Origin: Pristiophorus japonicus | Taxonomy: Eukaryota | DNA length: 64,000 bases | Direction: 5' to 3' | NCBI RefSeq assembly: GCF_044704955.1 | Contig: NC_091995.1 | Coordinates: 17,732,001-17,796,000 of the forward strand | Part shown: piece by piece, positions 1 through 11,930 of the stretch | Layout of the letters: each line of letters starts with the position of its first letter | Numbering within the stretch: position 1 is the stretch's first letter | Made by a program: the position numbers and the translations under genes | Notes under the pieces: generated by a model | What the model was told of the DNA's origin: nothing | What the model saw: only the letters and a program-made list of their open reading frames with translations | Database searches by the model: none

Positions 1-400
1 ATTATTTTAAATGTTTCTATAAGATCACCCCTCATCCTTCTGAACTCCAACGAGTAATGACCCAGTCTACTCAATCTATCATCATAAGGTAACCCCCTCA
101 TCTCCGGAATCAGCCTAGTGAATCGTTTCTGTACCCTCTCCAAAGCTAGTATATCCTTCCTTAAGTAAGGTGACCAAAACTGCATGCAGTACTCCAGGTG
201 CGGCCTCACCAATACCCAATACAGTTGCAGAAGGACCTCCCTGCTTTTGTACTCCATCCCTCTCGCAATGAAGGCCAACATTCCATTCGTCTTGCTGATT
301 ACCTGTTGCACCTGCAGTATGTTGTAATTTCTCCCCATTCAAATAGTACTGCCTTTTACTGTTTTTTTTTCCGTAGGTGGATGATCTCACACTTTCTGAC
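1..400 (-). mobile_element. CR1-like LINE fragment (continues left of the window)
   Basis: Homologous to the CR1 RT C-terminal region (LVRPHLEYC, RFTRLIP). Confidence 0.8.
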
Positions 401-1154
401 ATTCCGAAATTTCCAAAATTACAAGTATTGTTTAGATTTAGCCAGGAGTGTGTTCCGCTGCTCTGCCAAATGACAATTTTCAGGATACATTGTTCAGATT
501 TATTTAGAAAAACGCGGATATTAATGCAGTATATGGCTGTATATGGTTTTGTTAGTTGGTGCGATAAAGCATGGCACGAAATTGAGTTAAAGTGCCTGTA
601 ACAAGAAAATGTCCCTCAGCCCATCAAAGATCAACTCTTCAAAGATCAACACTGACTCCCACCATGGCATTTCATTATATTCTGTGTATCCCCAATATTG
701 ACCTATATTGCTCACTGTATGAAACATGACGTTTTCAGACAAACACGTTATTCTTGATTTTAGTTTAAAATGTCCTTTTTCACTATTCTTCATTGATCGA
801 TCTGATTCTACTGTCATGGCTTCGAAGGAATAATTGGCATGCGATTTATCTGTACCATTGAACACGAATTTCTGCCCCAGCTCACGAACGACCTTATTTC
901 AAGACTGAAACACTCATGCGTCGCTTATCTTTTCTCATGTCTCATCTCTTTACACTTCGGAGAGGTTTTGTTGCTCGTCGAGGCACCCTTTCCAGTCCAG
1001 ATATATTTCTATGCCACAGTGAAAAGAGCTAAAATTAGGATTCTAAGAATAGTTGACTCGTGTATTTCGAGCCTTAGCACGGCGATCTGACGACATCATG
1101 GCTCTATATTCTAACACTTTGTTAGTGCTTAAAAAATTTGCTTCGTTACATCTA

Positions 1155-1177
1155 CATATATATATATATATATATAT
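1155..1177. repeat. (TA)n microsatellite; paralog (TA/CA) at ~6483-6510
   Basis: Direct reading. Confidence 0.9.
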
Positions 1178-1204
1178 AAATCGACTATTACTCATCATAT
1201 TATG

Positions 1205-1760
1205 AACAACAACAACTTGTATTACTATCGTGCTTTTAACGTAGTAAAACATCCCAAGGCGCTTCACAGGAGTATTATAAGACAAAACGATTGACACAAA
1301 GCCACATAAGGAGAAATTAGGGCAAGTGACCAAAAGATTATTCAAAGATATAGATTTTAAGGAGCGCTTAAAGGAGGAAAGGAATGTAGAGAGGTGGTGA
1401 CATTTAGGAAGGGAGCTCCAGAGCTTACGGCCTAGACAACAGAAGGCACAGCCACCAACGGTTGATCGATTATAATCGGGGATGCTCAAGAATGTGAGGA
1501 GTGCAGATATCTCATGGGGTTGTGGGGCTGGAGGAGATTTCAGAGAGAGGGAGGGTGAGATCATGGAGGGAATTGAAAACAAAGATAAGAATTTGGAAAT
1601 CATGGCGTTGCTTAACTGGGAGCCAATATAGGTCAGCGGGCACAGTGGCTGATTGGTGAGAGTTAGGATACAGGCAGCCGAGTTTCGGATCAGCTCTAGT
1701 TTACACAGGGTTACATATGGGAGGCCAGTCAGGGGTGTGTTGGAATAGCCAAGTCTAGAG
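1205..1760 (-). mobile_element. L2/CR1-group LINE 3' fragment with (GTT)n tail; duplicate at ~6535-7090
   Basis: ORF 1043..1603 contains GGCAFCCLGRKLWSSLP...SSFKRSLKS, resembling the L2 C-terminus; AAC repeats mark the tail. Confidence 0.65.
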
Positions 1761-1939
1761 GTCCCGTCAGAATTAAGGAATAGAGAGGAATAGGAAATGA
1801 TTTTAAGAAATTGTTCATATCTGTATTATTTTAAAATTTTGATTAATTCCTTGCAATTTGGTGCCACTCACTTGGAATAGGCTTCAAGCCTGATTTCCGA
1901 TAGGGCTTGCTAAACAATAAATGATCAGTGATCATTATG

Positions 1940-2535
1940 CCTGTCTGTATTTGAAATCGGCACATTTCAACAACTGTACAGGGCATTGGCAAGACAACAC
2001 CTGGAGTACTGCATACAGTTGGGATCTCCTTATTTAAGGAAGGATATACTTGCACCAGAGGCAGTTCAGTGAAGGTTGCTGAGATGAAGGGGTTGTCATA
2101 CGACACAGATTGAGCAGGCTGGGCCTATTCTCATTGAAGTTTAGAAGACGGAGAAGTAATCTTATTGAAACGTATAAGATTCTGAAGGGGCTTAACAAGG
2201 TAGATTCACAGTGGGTGTTTCCCCTCGTGGGGGAATCTACAACTAGGGTGCATAGTTTCAGAATATGGGATCGCCACATTTAAAACAGAAATGAGGAGCA
2301 ATTTCCTCTCTCAGAGGATCGTTAATCATTGAAATTCTCTACCTCAGAGAGCTGTGAAGACTGGGAAATTGAATGTATTTAAGGTGGAGATAAACAGATT
2401 TTTGAAACATAATGGAGTCAAGGGTTATGGGGAGCAGGCGGGAAATTGAGTTGAGTCCATGAAATTATTGAACAGCACAGCAGGCTCGAACGTCGAAATG
2501 GCTTACGCCTGTTCATATTTCTTATGTTCTTATCT
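1940..2535 (+). mobile_element. CR1-like 3' fragment; duplicate at ~7290-7862
   Basis: HLEYCIQ...RR..L.E.YKIL region and ttcttatgttcttat tail. Confidence 0.8.
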
Positions 2536-2588
2536 GTTTGTATGTTCTGTTGTATCAATCATTTCATGTTTGGAAAGCTATCCATTCT

Positions 2589-4492
2589 ACATAGAAACAT
2601 AGAAAATAGGTGCAGGAGTAGGCCATTCGGCCCTTCGAGCCTGCACCACCATTCAATGAGTTCATGGCTGAACATGCAACCTCAGTACCCCATTCCTGCT
2701 TTCTCGCCATACCCCTTCATCCCCCTAGTAGTAAGGACTATATCTAACTCCTTTTTGAATATATTTAGTGAATTGGCCTGAACAACTTTCTGTGGTAGAG
2801 AATGCCACAGGTTCACCACTCTTTGGGTAAAGACGTTTCTCCTCATCACAGTCCTAAATGGCTTACCCCTTATCCTAAGATCAGGACTTCCCCAACATTG
2901 GGAACATTCTTCCTGCATCTAACATGTCTAAACCCATCAGAATTTTCAACGTTTCTATGAGATCCCCTCTCATTCTTCTGAAATCCAGTGAATACAAGCC
3001 CAGTTGATCCAGTCTTTCTTGATATATCAGTCCCGCTATCCCGGGAATCAGTCTGGTGAACCTTCGCTGCACTCCCTCAATAGCAAGAATGTCCTTCCTC
3101 AAGTTAGGAGACCAAAATTGTACACAATACTCCAGGTGTGGTCTCACCAAGGCCCTGTACAACTGTAGCAATACCTCCCTGCCCCTGTACTCAAATCCCC
3201 TCGCTATGAAGGCCAACATGCCATTTGCTTTCTTAACCGCCTGCTGTAACTGCATGCCAACCTTCAATGACTGATGTACCATGACACCCAGGTCTCGTTG
3301 CACCTCCCCTTTTCCTAATCTGCCACTATTCACATAATAGTCTGTCTCTCTGTTTTTACCACCAAAGTGGATAACCTCACATTTATCCACATTATACTTC
3401 ATCTGCCATGCATTTGCCCACTCACCTAACCTATCCAAGTCACTCTGCAGCCTCATAGCATCCTCCTCGCAGCTGACACTGCCACCCAACTTAGTTTCAT
3501 TCCCAAATTTGGAGATACTCCATTTAATCCCCTCGTCCAAATCATTAATGTACAATGTAAACAGCTGGGGCCCCAGCACAGAACCTTGCGGTACCCCACT
3601 AGTCACTGCCTGCCATTCTGAAAAGTACCCATTTACTCCTACTCTTTGCTTCCTGTCTGACAACCAGTTCTCAATCCATGTCAGCACACTACCCCCAATC
3701 CCATGTGCTTTAACTTTGCACATTAATCTCTTGTGTGGGACCTTGTCGAAAGCCTTCTGAAAGTCCAAATATACCACATCAACTGGTTCTCCCTTGTCCA
3801 CTCTACTGGAAACATCCTCAAAAAATTCCAGAAGATTTGTCAAGCATGATTTCCCTTTCACAAATCCATGCTGACTTGGACCTATCATGTCACCTCTTTC
3901 CAAATGCGCTGCTATGACATCCTTAATAATTGATTCCATCATTTTACCTACTGCTGATGTCAGGCTGACTGATCCATAATTCTCTGTTTTCTCTCTCCCT
4001 CCTTTTTTAAAAAGTGGGGTTACATTGGCTACCCTCCACTCGATAGGAACTAATCCAGAGTCTATGGAATGATGGAAAATGACTGTCAATACATTTGCTA
4101 TTTTCAAGGCCACCTCCTTAAATACTTTCGGATGCAGACCATCAGGCCCTGGGGATTTATCGGCCTTCAATCCCATCAATTTCCCCAACACAATTTCCCG
4201 ACTAATAAGGATTTCCCTCAGTTCCTCCTTCTTACTAGACCCGCTGACCCCTTTTATATCCGGAAGGTTGTTTGTGTCCTCCTTAGTGAATACTGAACCA
4301 AAGTACTTGTTCAATTGGGCTGCCATTTCTTTGTTCCCATTATGACGTCCCCTGATTCTGACTGCAGAGGACCTACGTTTGTCTTTACTAACCATTTTCT
4401 CTTTACATAACTATAGAAACTTTTGCAGTCCGTCTTAATGTTCCCTGCAAGCTTCCTCTCGTACTCTATTTTCCCTGCCCTAAACAAACCCT
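2589..4492 (-). mobile_element. Young 5'-truncated CR1/HER1-like LINE with long RT ORF
   Basis: 504-aa ORF 2881..4395 (KSPGPDGLHP, YLDFQKAFDKVPH, SGVPQGSVLGP, LVRPHLEYC) and a (TTTCTATG)n tail. TTCT duplication at 2585-2588 and 4493-4496; the paralogous unit carries the empty site (ccattctgtacaattg, ~7911-7926). Confidence 0.93.
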
Positions 4493-4679
4493 TTCTGTGC
4501 AATTGATTTTTTAATGCCCGATTTGTTGATCCATATGCACATCATAAACATCTCAGAATAATTAAATCTGACAAACGAAACAATATAACATTGCCCTCCA
4601 ATAGTAGCTTCCTATATTTCCAATTTGTACTCTCATCTTGGGTTTGGAAACCAACATAACAGAAAATAACCGTCAATCA

Positions 4680-5192
4680 CACTGAAAGACAGGAAGTCCT
4701 TAGAGTGGGTGCAGGAAAGATTTAGAAGAATGCTTCCAGGGATCAGGGACTTCAGTTGCGTGGATGGACTGGAGAAGCTGTGGTTGTTCTCCTCAGAGCA
4801 GAGAAGGTTGAGAGGACATTTGAAAGAGGTTTTCAAGATCATGAGGGGTCTGGACAGAGTTGATTTAGAGAAACTGTTCCCATTGGCAGAAGGATCGAGA
4901 ACCAAAAGACACAGATTTATGATGATTGGCAGAAGAACCAAAGGCGACTTGAGGAAAAACGTTTTCACGCAGCCAGTGGTTAAGATCTGGAATGCACTGC
5001 CTGAAAGGGTGGTGGAGGCAGAGAACATTGTCGCTTCCAAAGAGCATTGGATGAGTACGTGAAGGAACATTTTTTTAAGGACGAATGGAAAGGGCGGGTG
5101 AGTGGAATTGGTGAAGTGTTCTTGTAGAGAGAGCTGCCACAGGCCATTTGGGCCGAATGGCGGCCTTCAATGCTGTAACTGTTCTATGATTC
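4680..5192 (+). mobile_element. CR1-like 3' fragment abutting the leader remnant; duplicate at ~8098-8620
   Basis: ORFs 4709..5062 and 8064..8474 (LFSLEQRRLRGDL, KNVFTQPVVKIWNALP); ttctatgattct tail. Confidence 0.85.
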
Positions 5193-5271
5193 TGGAATTG
5201 TTCACCTTAGAGGAGCTAAGGTTACACGTAAATAGAACATCTCGGCCATAAATGTTAAATAATAACCTTAC

Positions 5272-5613
5272 CAGTTTCCACGGTCAAAATTGTGCCGTTT
5301 CCATATGCAGCACCGATTCCCATGATATGCACTTCGCAAAAATAGAACGCTGTATCTCCTGGTTTCAGCTTGATTATTCGAATGGATGCGTTTTTCCTCT
5401 GGCGGAAATCCTCTTCACTTGCCCCGATCACCCTGCCTCTAAATTCCGCTGTACTGTTGGAAACTTCAATTCCCTGTTTGGAGCCTCGGTACCACCTGTA
5501 GCTGCCAATTCCCACGGGACCCTCATAGCTGCAAACCAGGTCTGCTGTCTGTCCCACGTTTTTGGTCAGAAATTGCGGGCTCTGAAATACTGTGATATCT
5601 CCAACAGTAATTG
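5272..5613 (-). CDS. NCR3: VJ-type Ig V-domain exon (copy B), NKp30/NCR3-like
   Basis: Bounded by tgtacag| and G|gtaagg; 342 nt, phase 1/1, open. Differs from copy A at 12 nt by manual count. Overlaps ORF-track 5255..5557. Confidence 0.88.
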
Positions 5614-8600
5614 CTGTACATGGGTGAAGTAAATGAAATACAAAATGGAGTGAGATATTTGCCCTTTGAAATTAATGCTTCCTATGTTAGGCATGAAGGC
5701 TCACAGTGTTTAAATTGGTCTTTAACCCTTTACATATTACAAGTATTGTTTTGTTTTAGGCGGGGGGTGGGGGGGGGGGGGTTGTTCCGCTACTCTGCCA
5801 AATGGTAATTTTCATGATACATTGTTCTAATATATTTAGAAAAACGTGGATATTAATGCAGTATATGGCTGTATATGGCCTGTTTTGTTACATAAAGCAT
5901 GGCACTAAATTGAGTTAAAAAGCCTGTAACAAGACAATGTCACTCAGCCCATCAAAGATCAAACCTTCAAAGGTCAACACTGACTCCCACCATGGCATTT
6001 CATTATATTCTGTGTATCCCCAATATTGACCTTTATTGCTCACTGTATGAATTATGACGTTTTCAGACAAACACGCTGTTCTTGATTTTAGTTTAAAATG
6101 TCCTTTTTCACTATTCTTCATTGATCGATCTGATTCTATTATCATGTCTTGAAAGGAATAATCGGTGTGCGATTTATCTGCACCATTTAACACGAATTTC
6201 TGCCCCAGCTCACTAACGACCTTATTTCAAGACTGAAACACTCATGTGTCGCTTATCTTTTCTCATGTCTCATCTCTTTACACTTCGGAGAGGTTTTGTT
6301 GCTCGTCTAGGCACCCTTTCCAGTCCAGATATATTTCTGTGCCACAGTGAAAAGAGCTGAAATTGGGATTCGAAGAATAGTTGACTCGAGTATTTAGAGG
6401 CTTAGCATGGCTATCTGATGAATCATGGCTCTATATTCTAACACTTTGTTAGTGCTTTAAAAAATTGCTTCGTAACATCTAAATATATATATATACATAC
6501 ATATATATATCGACTATTGCTCATCATATTATGAACAACAACAACTTGAATTTCTATCGTGCTTTTAACGTAGTAAAACATCCTAAGGCGCTTCACAAGA
6601 TATTATAAGACAAAACGATTGACACAAAGTCAAAGGAGAAATTAGGGCAAAGTGATCAAACGATTGTTCAAAGATATAGATTTTAGGGAGCGACTTAAAG
6701 GAGGAAAGGGATGTAGAGAGGTGGTGATATTTAGGGAGGGAGCTGCAGAGGTTAGGGCCAAGGTAACAGAAGGCACGGCCACCAATGGTTGATCAATTAT
6801 AATCGGGGATGCTCAAGAATGTGAGGAGTGCAGATATCTCATGGGGTTATGGGGCTGGAGGAGATTACAGGGAGAAGGAGGGTGAGATCATGGAGGGAAT
6901 TGAAAACAAAGATAAGAATTTGGAAATCATGGCGTTGCTTAACTGGGAGCCAATATAGGTCAGCGGGCACAGTGGCTGATTGGTGAGAGTTAGGACACAG
7001 GCAGCCGAGTTTTGGATCTGCTCTAGTTTACACAGGGTTGAATTTTGGAGACCAGTCAGGAGTGTGTTGGAATAGTCAAGTCTAGAGGTCCTGTCAGAAT
7101 TAAGGAATAGAAAGGAATAGGAAATGATTTAAAGAAATAATTCCTATCTGTATTATTTTAAAATGTTGATTAAATGCTTGCAATTTGGGGCCACTCACTT
7201 GGAATAGGCTTCATGCCTGATTTCCGATAGGGCTTGCTAAACAATAAATGATCAGTGATCATTATGCATGTCTGTATTTGAAATCGGCACATTTCAACAA
7301 CTGTACAGGGCATTGGCATGACCACACCTGGAGTACTGCATACAGTTGGGATCTCCTTATTTAAGGAAGGATATCCTTGCATCAGAGGCATTTCAGAGAA
7401 GGTCCGTGAGATGAAAGGCTTGTGATATGACAACGGGTGAGCAGGCTGGGTCTATTCTCATTGAAGTTTAAAAGACGTAGATGTAATCTTATTGAAACGT
7501 ATAAGATTCTGAGCGGGCTTGACAAGGTAGTTGCACAGTGGATGTTTCCCCTCGTGGGGGAAATCTACAACTAGGGGGGCAGAGTTTCAGAATATGGGGT
7601 CGCCACATTTAAAACAGAAATGAGGAGGAATTTCCTCTCTCAGAGGGTCGTTAATCATTGAAATTCTCTACCTCAGAGAGCTGTGAAGGCTGGGTAATTG
7701 AATGTATTTAAGGTGGAGATAAACAGATTTTTGAAACATATTGGAGTCAAGGGTTATGGGGAGCAGGCGGGAAATGGAGTTGAGTCCATGAAATTATTGA
7801 ATGGCACAGCAGGCTCGAACGTCTACATGGCTTACGCCTGTTCATGTTTCTTATGTTCTTATCTGTTCATATGTTCTGTTGTATCAATCATTTTATGTTT
7901 GGAAACTTATCCATTCTGTACAATTGCTTTTTTAATGCCCGATTTGTTTATCCATATGCACATAATAAACATCTCAGAATACTTAAATCTGACAAATGAA
8001 ACAATATAACAATGCACTACAAGAGTAGCTTGCTATATTTCCGATTTTACTGTCACCTTTCAATTGGAAACCGACATAACAGAAAATAACCGGCGATCAC
8101 ACTTTAGGAAAGACGTGAAGGCCTTAGAGTGGGTTCAGAAAAGATTTCGAAGAATGATTCCAGGGATGAGGGACTTCAGTTGCGTGGATGGACTGGAGAA
8201 GCTGGGTTTGTTCTCCTTAGAGCAGAGAATGTTGAGAGGAGATTTGAAAGAGATTTTCAAGGTCATGAGGGATCTGGAGATAGTTGATTTAGAGAAAGTG
8301 TTCCCATTGGCAGAAGGGTCGAGAACCAAAGGACACAGGTTTATGATGATTGGCAGAAGAACCAAAGGCGACATGAGGAAAAACGTTTTCACGCAGCCAG
8401 TGGTTAAGATCTGGAATGCACTGCCTGACAGGGTTGTGGAGGCAGAGAAAATTGTCGCTTTCAAAGGGAATTAGATAAGTACATGAAGGAACATTTTTTT
8501 AAGGACTACTGGAAAGGGCGGGTGAGTGGAACTAGGTGAAGTGTTCTTTACAGAGAGCCGCCACAGGCTCGTTTGGCCGAATGGCGCCCTTCTATGCTGT

Positions 8601-8708
8601 AACAGTTCTATGATTCTATGTTTTTAAGCTGGAATTATTCACCTTAGAGCAGCGAAGGTTACACGTAAATAGAACATCTCGGCCATAAATGTTAAATAAT
8701 AACCTTAC

Positions 8709-9050
8709 TAGTTTCCACTGTCAAAATTGTGCCATTTCCAAATGCAACACCGATTCCCATGATATGCACTTCGCAAAAATAGAACGCTGTATCTCCCGGT
8801 TTCAGCTTGATTATTCGAATAGACGCGTTTTTCCTCTGGCGGAAATCCTCTTCACTTGCCCTGATCACCCTGCCTCTAAATTCCGCTGTACTGTTGGAAA
8901 CTTCAATTCCCTGTTTGGAGCCTCGGTACCACCTGTAGCTGCCAATTACCACGGCACCCTCATAGCTGCAAACCAGGTCTGCTGTCTGTCCCACGGTTTT
9001 GGTCAGAAATTGCGGGCTCTGAAATACTGTGATATCTCCAACAGTAATTG
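8709..9050 (-). CDS. NCR3: VJ-type Ig V-domain exon (copy A), NKp30/NCR3-like
   Basis: Bounded by tgtacag| and |gtaagg; 342 nt, phase 1/1, open. Encodes ITVGDITVFQSPQFLTKTVGQTADLVCSYEGAVVIGSYRWYRGSKQGIEVSNSTAEFRGRVIRASEEDFRQRKNASIRIIKLKPGDTAFYFCEVHIMGIGVAFGNGTILTVET. Has canonical C, W, DxAxYxC and a germline J-like GNGTxLxV, and closely matches human NKp30 motifs IGSxxW, GxEVxNxTxEFRGR and C-x-V-x-x-(L/M)-G-x-G...GNGTxLxVE. Confidence 0.88.
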
Positions 9051-10134
9051 CTGTACATGGGTGAAGTAAATGAAATACAAAATGGAGTGAGATATTTGCC
9101 CTTTGAAATTAATGCTGCCTATGTTAGGTATGAGGGCTCACAGCTTTTAAACGAGTCTTTAACTGCTGACTCTCACCATGGCATTTCATTGTGTTCTGCG
9201 TATCCCCAATATTGACCTCTATTGCTCGCTGTATGAACTATGACAAGTTTTCAGATAAACACATTATTCTTGATTTTAGTTTAAAATATCCTTTTTCTCT
9301 ATTCTCCATTGCTCGTTCCGATTCTGCTTTCACGGCTTCGAATGAATAATCGGCATGCAATTTATTTGTGCCATTTAACACTAATTGCTCCCCCCGCTCA
9401 CTAACTACCTTATTTCAAGACCGAAACACTCATGCGTTGTTTATCCTTTCTCATGTCTCGTCTCTTTACACTTCGGAGGGGTTTCATTGCTCCTCAAGGC
9501 ACCCTTTCCAGTCCAGATGTATTTTCGTGTCACAGTGAGCAGGGCTGAAGATAGGATTTTAACAATAGTTGATTCATGTATTTAGAAGCTCAGCAAGGTT
9601 ATCTGACACTATCATGGCTCCATGTGCTAGCACTCTGTTAGCGCCTTTAAAAAAATATATTACGTTACATCTTTATACAGCAATTAACCATCTTACTCTC
9701 ACGTCAGAATATAGAAATAAGAGGATTGGGAATAAATTATATTAAGAAATTGTTCGTATCTATATTATTTTAAAATATTGTTTTAATTCCTTGTAGTATT
9801 GGCCATTGACAGAGGTAGGCTCCAGGTTTGACTTTCGATGGGGATTGCTAAACAATAATGGATCAGTGATCATTAGCTGTGTCTGTATTTTAAATGGACA
9901 CAGTTCTCAATTTTATCAACCACTTCAAGTTTGGCAAACTGGCCATTCGGTACCATTGATATTTTTAAATCTTTAACGCCCTATTTATTTATCCATATAT
10001 CCATCATCACGTCTAAGTGTACGTGAATTTGACAAATCAAACAGTATAATAACGCACTACAAGAGTAGGTTGCTATATGATTTGTACTCTCATTTTGAAA
10101 TTGGAAGCCGACATAACATAAAATAGTTCCTTAC

Positions 10135-10186
10135 CGGCGATCATGGTCGTTATCCAGATTGTTCCAATAACATTGCTAAGGTTCAT
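10135..10186 (-). CDS. NCR3: Leader (signal peptide) exon of NKp30/NCR3-like gene A
   Basis: Minus strand reads cagcATG AAC CTT...ATC GCC G|gtaagg = MNLSNVIGTIWITTMIA plus a phase-1 donor, with A at -3. It splices in frame to the V exon acceptor at 9050, giving MNLSNVIGTIWITTMIAAITVG-DITVFQSP. Confidence 0.85.
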
Positions 10187-10364
10187 GCTGTCGGTGCAGT
10201 TCTGGGCGTGAAGTCAGTTGTGGAACAATTTTGCAGGATCAGTGAAGAGAAGTAACAACCTAATTCTAACCGTAGGGGTGCGCATGATACAGTATGTGAC
10301 GTGACAGAAACAATTACCCGATTGAAATCAACTGTTTCTGTTTCTTCCCACCCTTGCAAATACA

Positions 10365-10575
10365 ATGTCAGCTGTGGCTCAATGCGTAGCACTCTGCCGC
10401 CTCTGAGTTAGAAGTTTGCAGGTGCAGCTCCCACTCCAGGGACCTGAGCACAACAAACTAGGTTGACACTCCAGTGTTGTTGCTGCATTGTCGCAAGTGC
10501 CATTTTTGGGATGAGACATTAACACTGAGCCTCTCAGGTGAACATAAAATACCCCACGGCACTATTTTGAAGATT
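10365..10575 (+). mobile_element. tRNA-derived Deu-domain SINE (SacSINE1-like), 5' part
   Basis: Head tggctcaatgcgtagcactc with a box-B-like segment, then gatgagacattaa and ccccacggcactattttgaaga. Same family at 14450-15060, 45960-46220 and 55790-56760. Confidence 0.7.
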
Positions 10576-11394
10576 CTCATTGGGGCCGACAGGATGATGG
10601 AAATCTATTTATTGCAAGTGTTTACACCAGAAGGCAGCAAGAATACAACATTTAATAGATAGAAGCTCCCGCAGGTCTGTTAATCTCACTTGTGAGTTTG
10701 TGAACCGTATTGTGATTATCTTAACACAACCATAGGAGCTCTTGGCAACTGACGTCCATTTCAATCAAATTGATTGTCCAAGCGTGGAGATTGTATGTCA
10801 TGCTACCGGTTGTATACCGAACAAATGCTTCCAAGAAGTAATGTGTCAGTATGTAAAGCAAAATTACACTGCTCAGTCGAATTTCACACGTCAATTTGCA
10901 ACCATAGAGCAGAGAGAACCTCCAAAGCTATAATGAGTGAGAAATGTTGATGACAAATTGTTAAACAATGAATTAGGCACGGCATCGTATCCATAGCATC
11001 CGCTCAAAGCTTGAGACCCGGGTTTGATTGTAGCACGCTATAACAGGATGGTAACCTTTCTTTTTTAAAATGGGTGAGTAAGGTTTTTAAAATACTCGCC
11101 TAAAATACCAAGCACTATTCAACATAATAGTTTTAATTGAAATTGTAGAGACTATTATGCTGTACCGCACACTTACAAATGCAAGATATTAGTAGTCGTA
11201 TAAAATACTAAATAATTCAACGTATGTATTAAAACTATTATAAACAAGCCGTTTGTAGGTTCCATCGATCTAAGCTGAAGTTACAGTGGAATTTCGGCTC
11301 CAATTATTAGAAATAGTGAATTAATATTTTTAACTCTTTGCAATTGACCTGAACATAATATAGCACATGTGCCTGCTATTTTCAATTTACTAGC

Positions 11395-11930
11395 AAGAAC
11401 ATAATAACTTAGGAAATAGGAGCAGGATTAGGCCATTCAGCCCCCTGAGCCTGTTCGAACATTCAATACGATCATGGCTGATCCTCTTCCTCAACTCCAC
11501 TTTCCCGCACTATCCCCATATCACTTGACTCCCTTAATATCAAAAAACCTATCGAGCTCCATCTTTGAATATATTCAACAGCTGTGCCTCCACATCGCTC
11601 TGGGATAAAGAATACGAGAGATTGACAACACTCTGAGTGAAGACATTTCTCCTCATCCTAAATCACCAGCCCCTTTCTCTGACACTGTGACTTCTGGTTC
11701 TGGACTCCCAAACCAGAGGAATCATCCTCCCTGCATCTACCCTGTCAAGCCCTGTAAGAATTTTGCATATTTCAATGAGATCACCCCTCATTCTTCTAAA
11801 CGCTAGGGATTATAGGCCTAGTCTACTCTATCTCTCCTCATAGCACTATCCCCGGATCACAGGAAGCAGACTGGTGAACCTTCGTTGCACGCCCTCTATG
11901 GCAAGTATATCCAGCGTTAGGTAAGGAGAC
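11395..11930 (-). mobile_element. CR1-like 3' fragment
   Basis: aggagcaggattaggccattcagccc 3' UTR plus RT C-terminus homology. Confidence 0.8.

Larger units (their letters stand above)
418..9160. repeat. Recent tandem segmental duplication (period 3437 bp, plus a 1.9-kb LINE insertion in the left copy)
   Basis: 418-2588 plus 4493-5725 aligns colinearly with 5738-9160: same intron, TA microsatellite, L2 and CR1 fragments, leader remnant and V exon. An older, more diverged third copy of the intron lies at 9165-10145. Confidence 0.92.

Noticed and set aside
587-865. Duplicated minus-strand ORFs 587..865 and 5915..6193 as a conserved coding exon
   Set aside because: Similarity is explained by the recent duplication; no domain or convincing splice sites, and the older copy at ~9165-9380 has indels.
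5252-5632. Plus-strand ORFs 5252..5632 and 8689..9069
   Set aside because: Antisense shadows of the V exons with no recognisable motifs.
5255-5730. V exons as rearranging TCR/Ig/IgNAR gene segments
   Set aside because: The J-like GNGT motif is already joined in the germline exon and followed directly by a splice donor. The nearby CACAGTG (~5702) has no nonamer at 12 or 23 spacing.
10365-10440. tRNA gene
   Set aside because: It is the tRNA-derived head of a SINE, continuing into the Deu-domain body; no cloverleaf.
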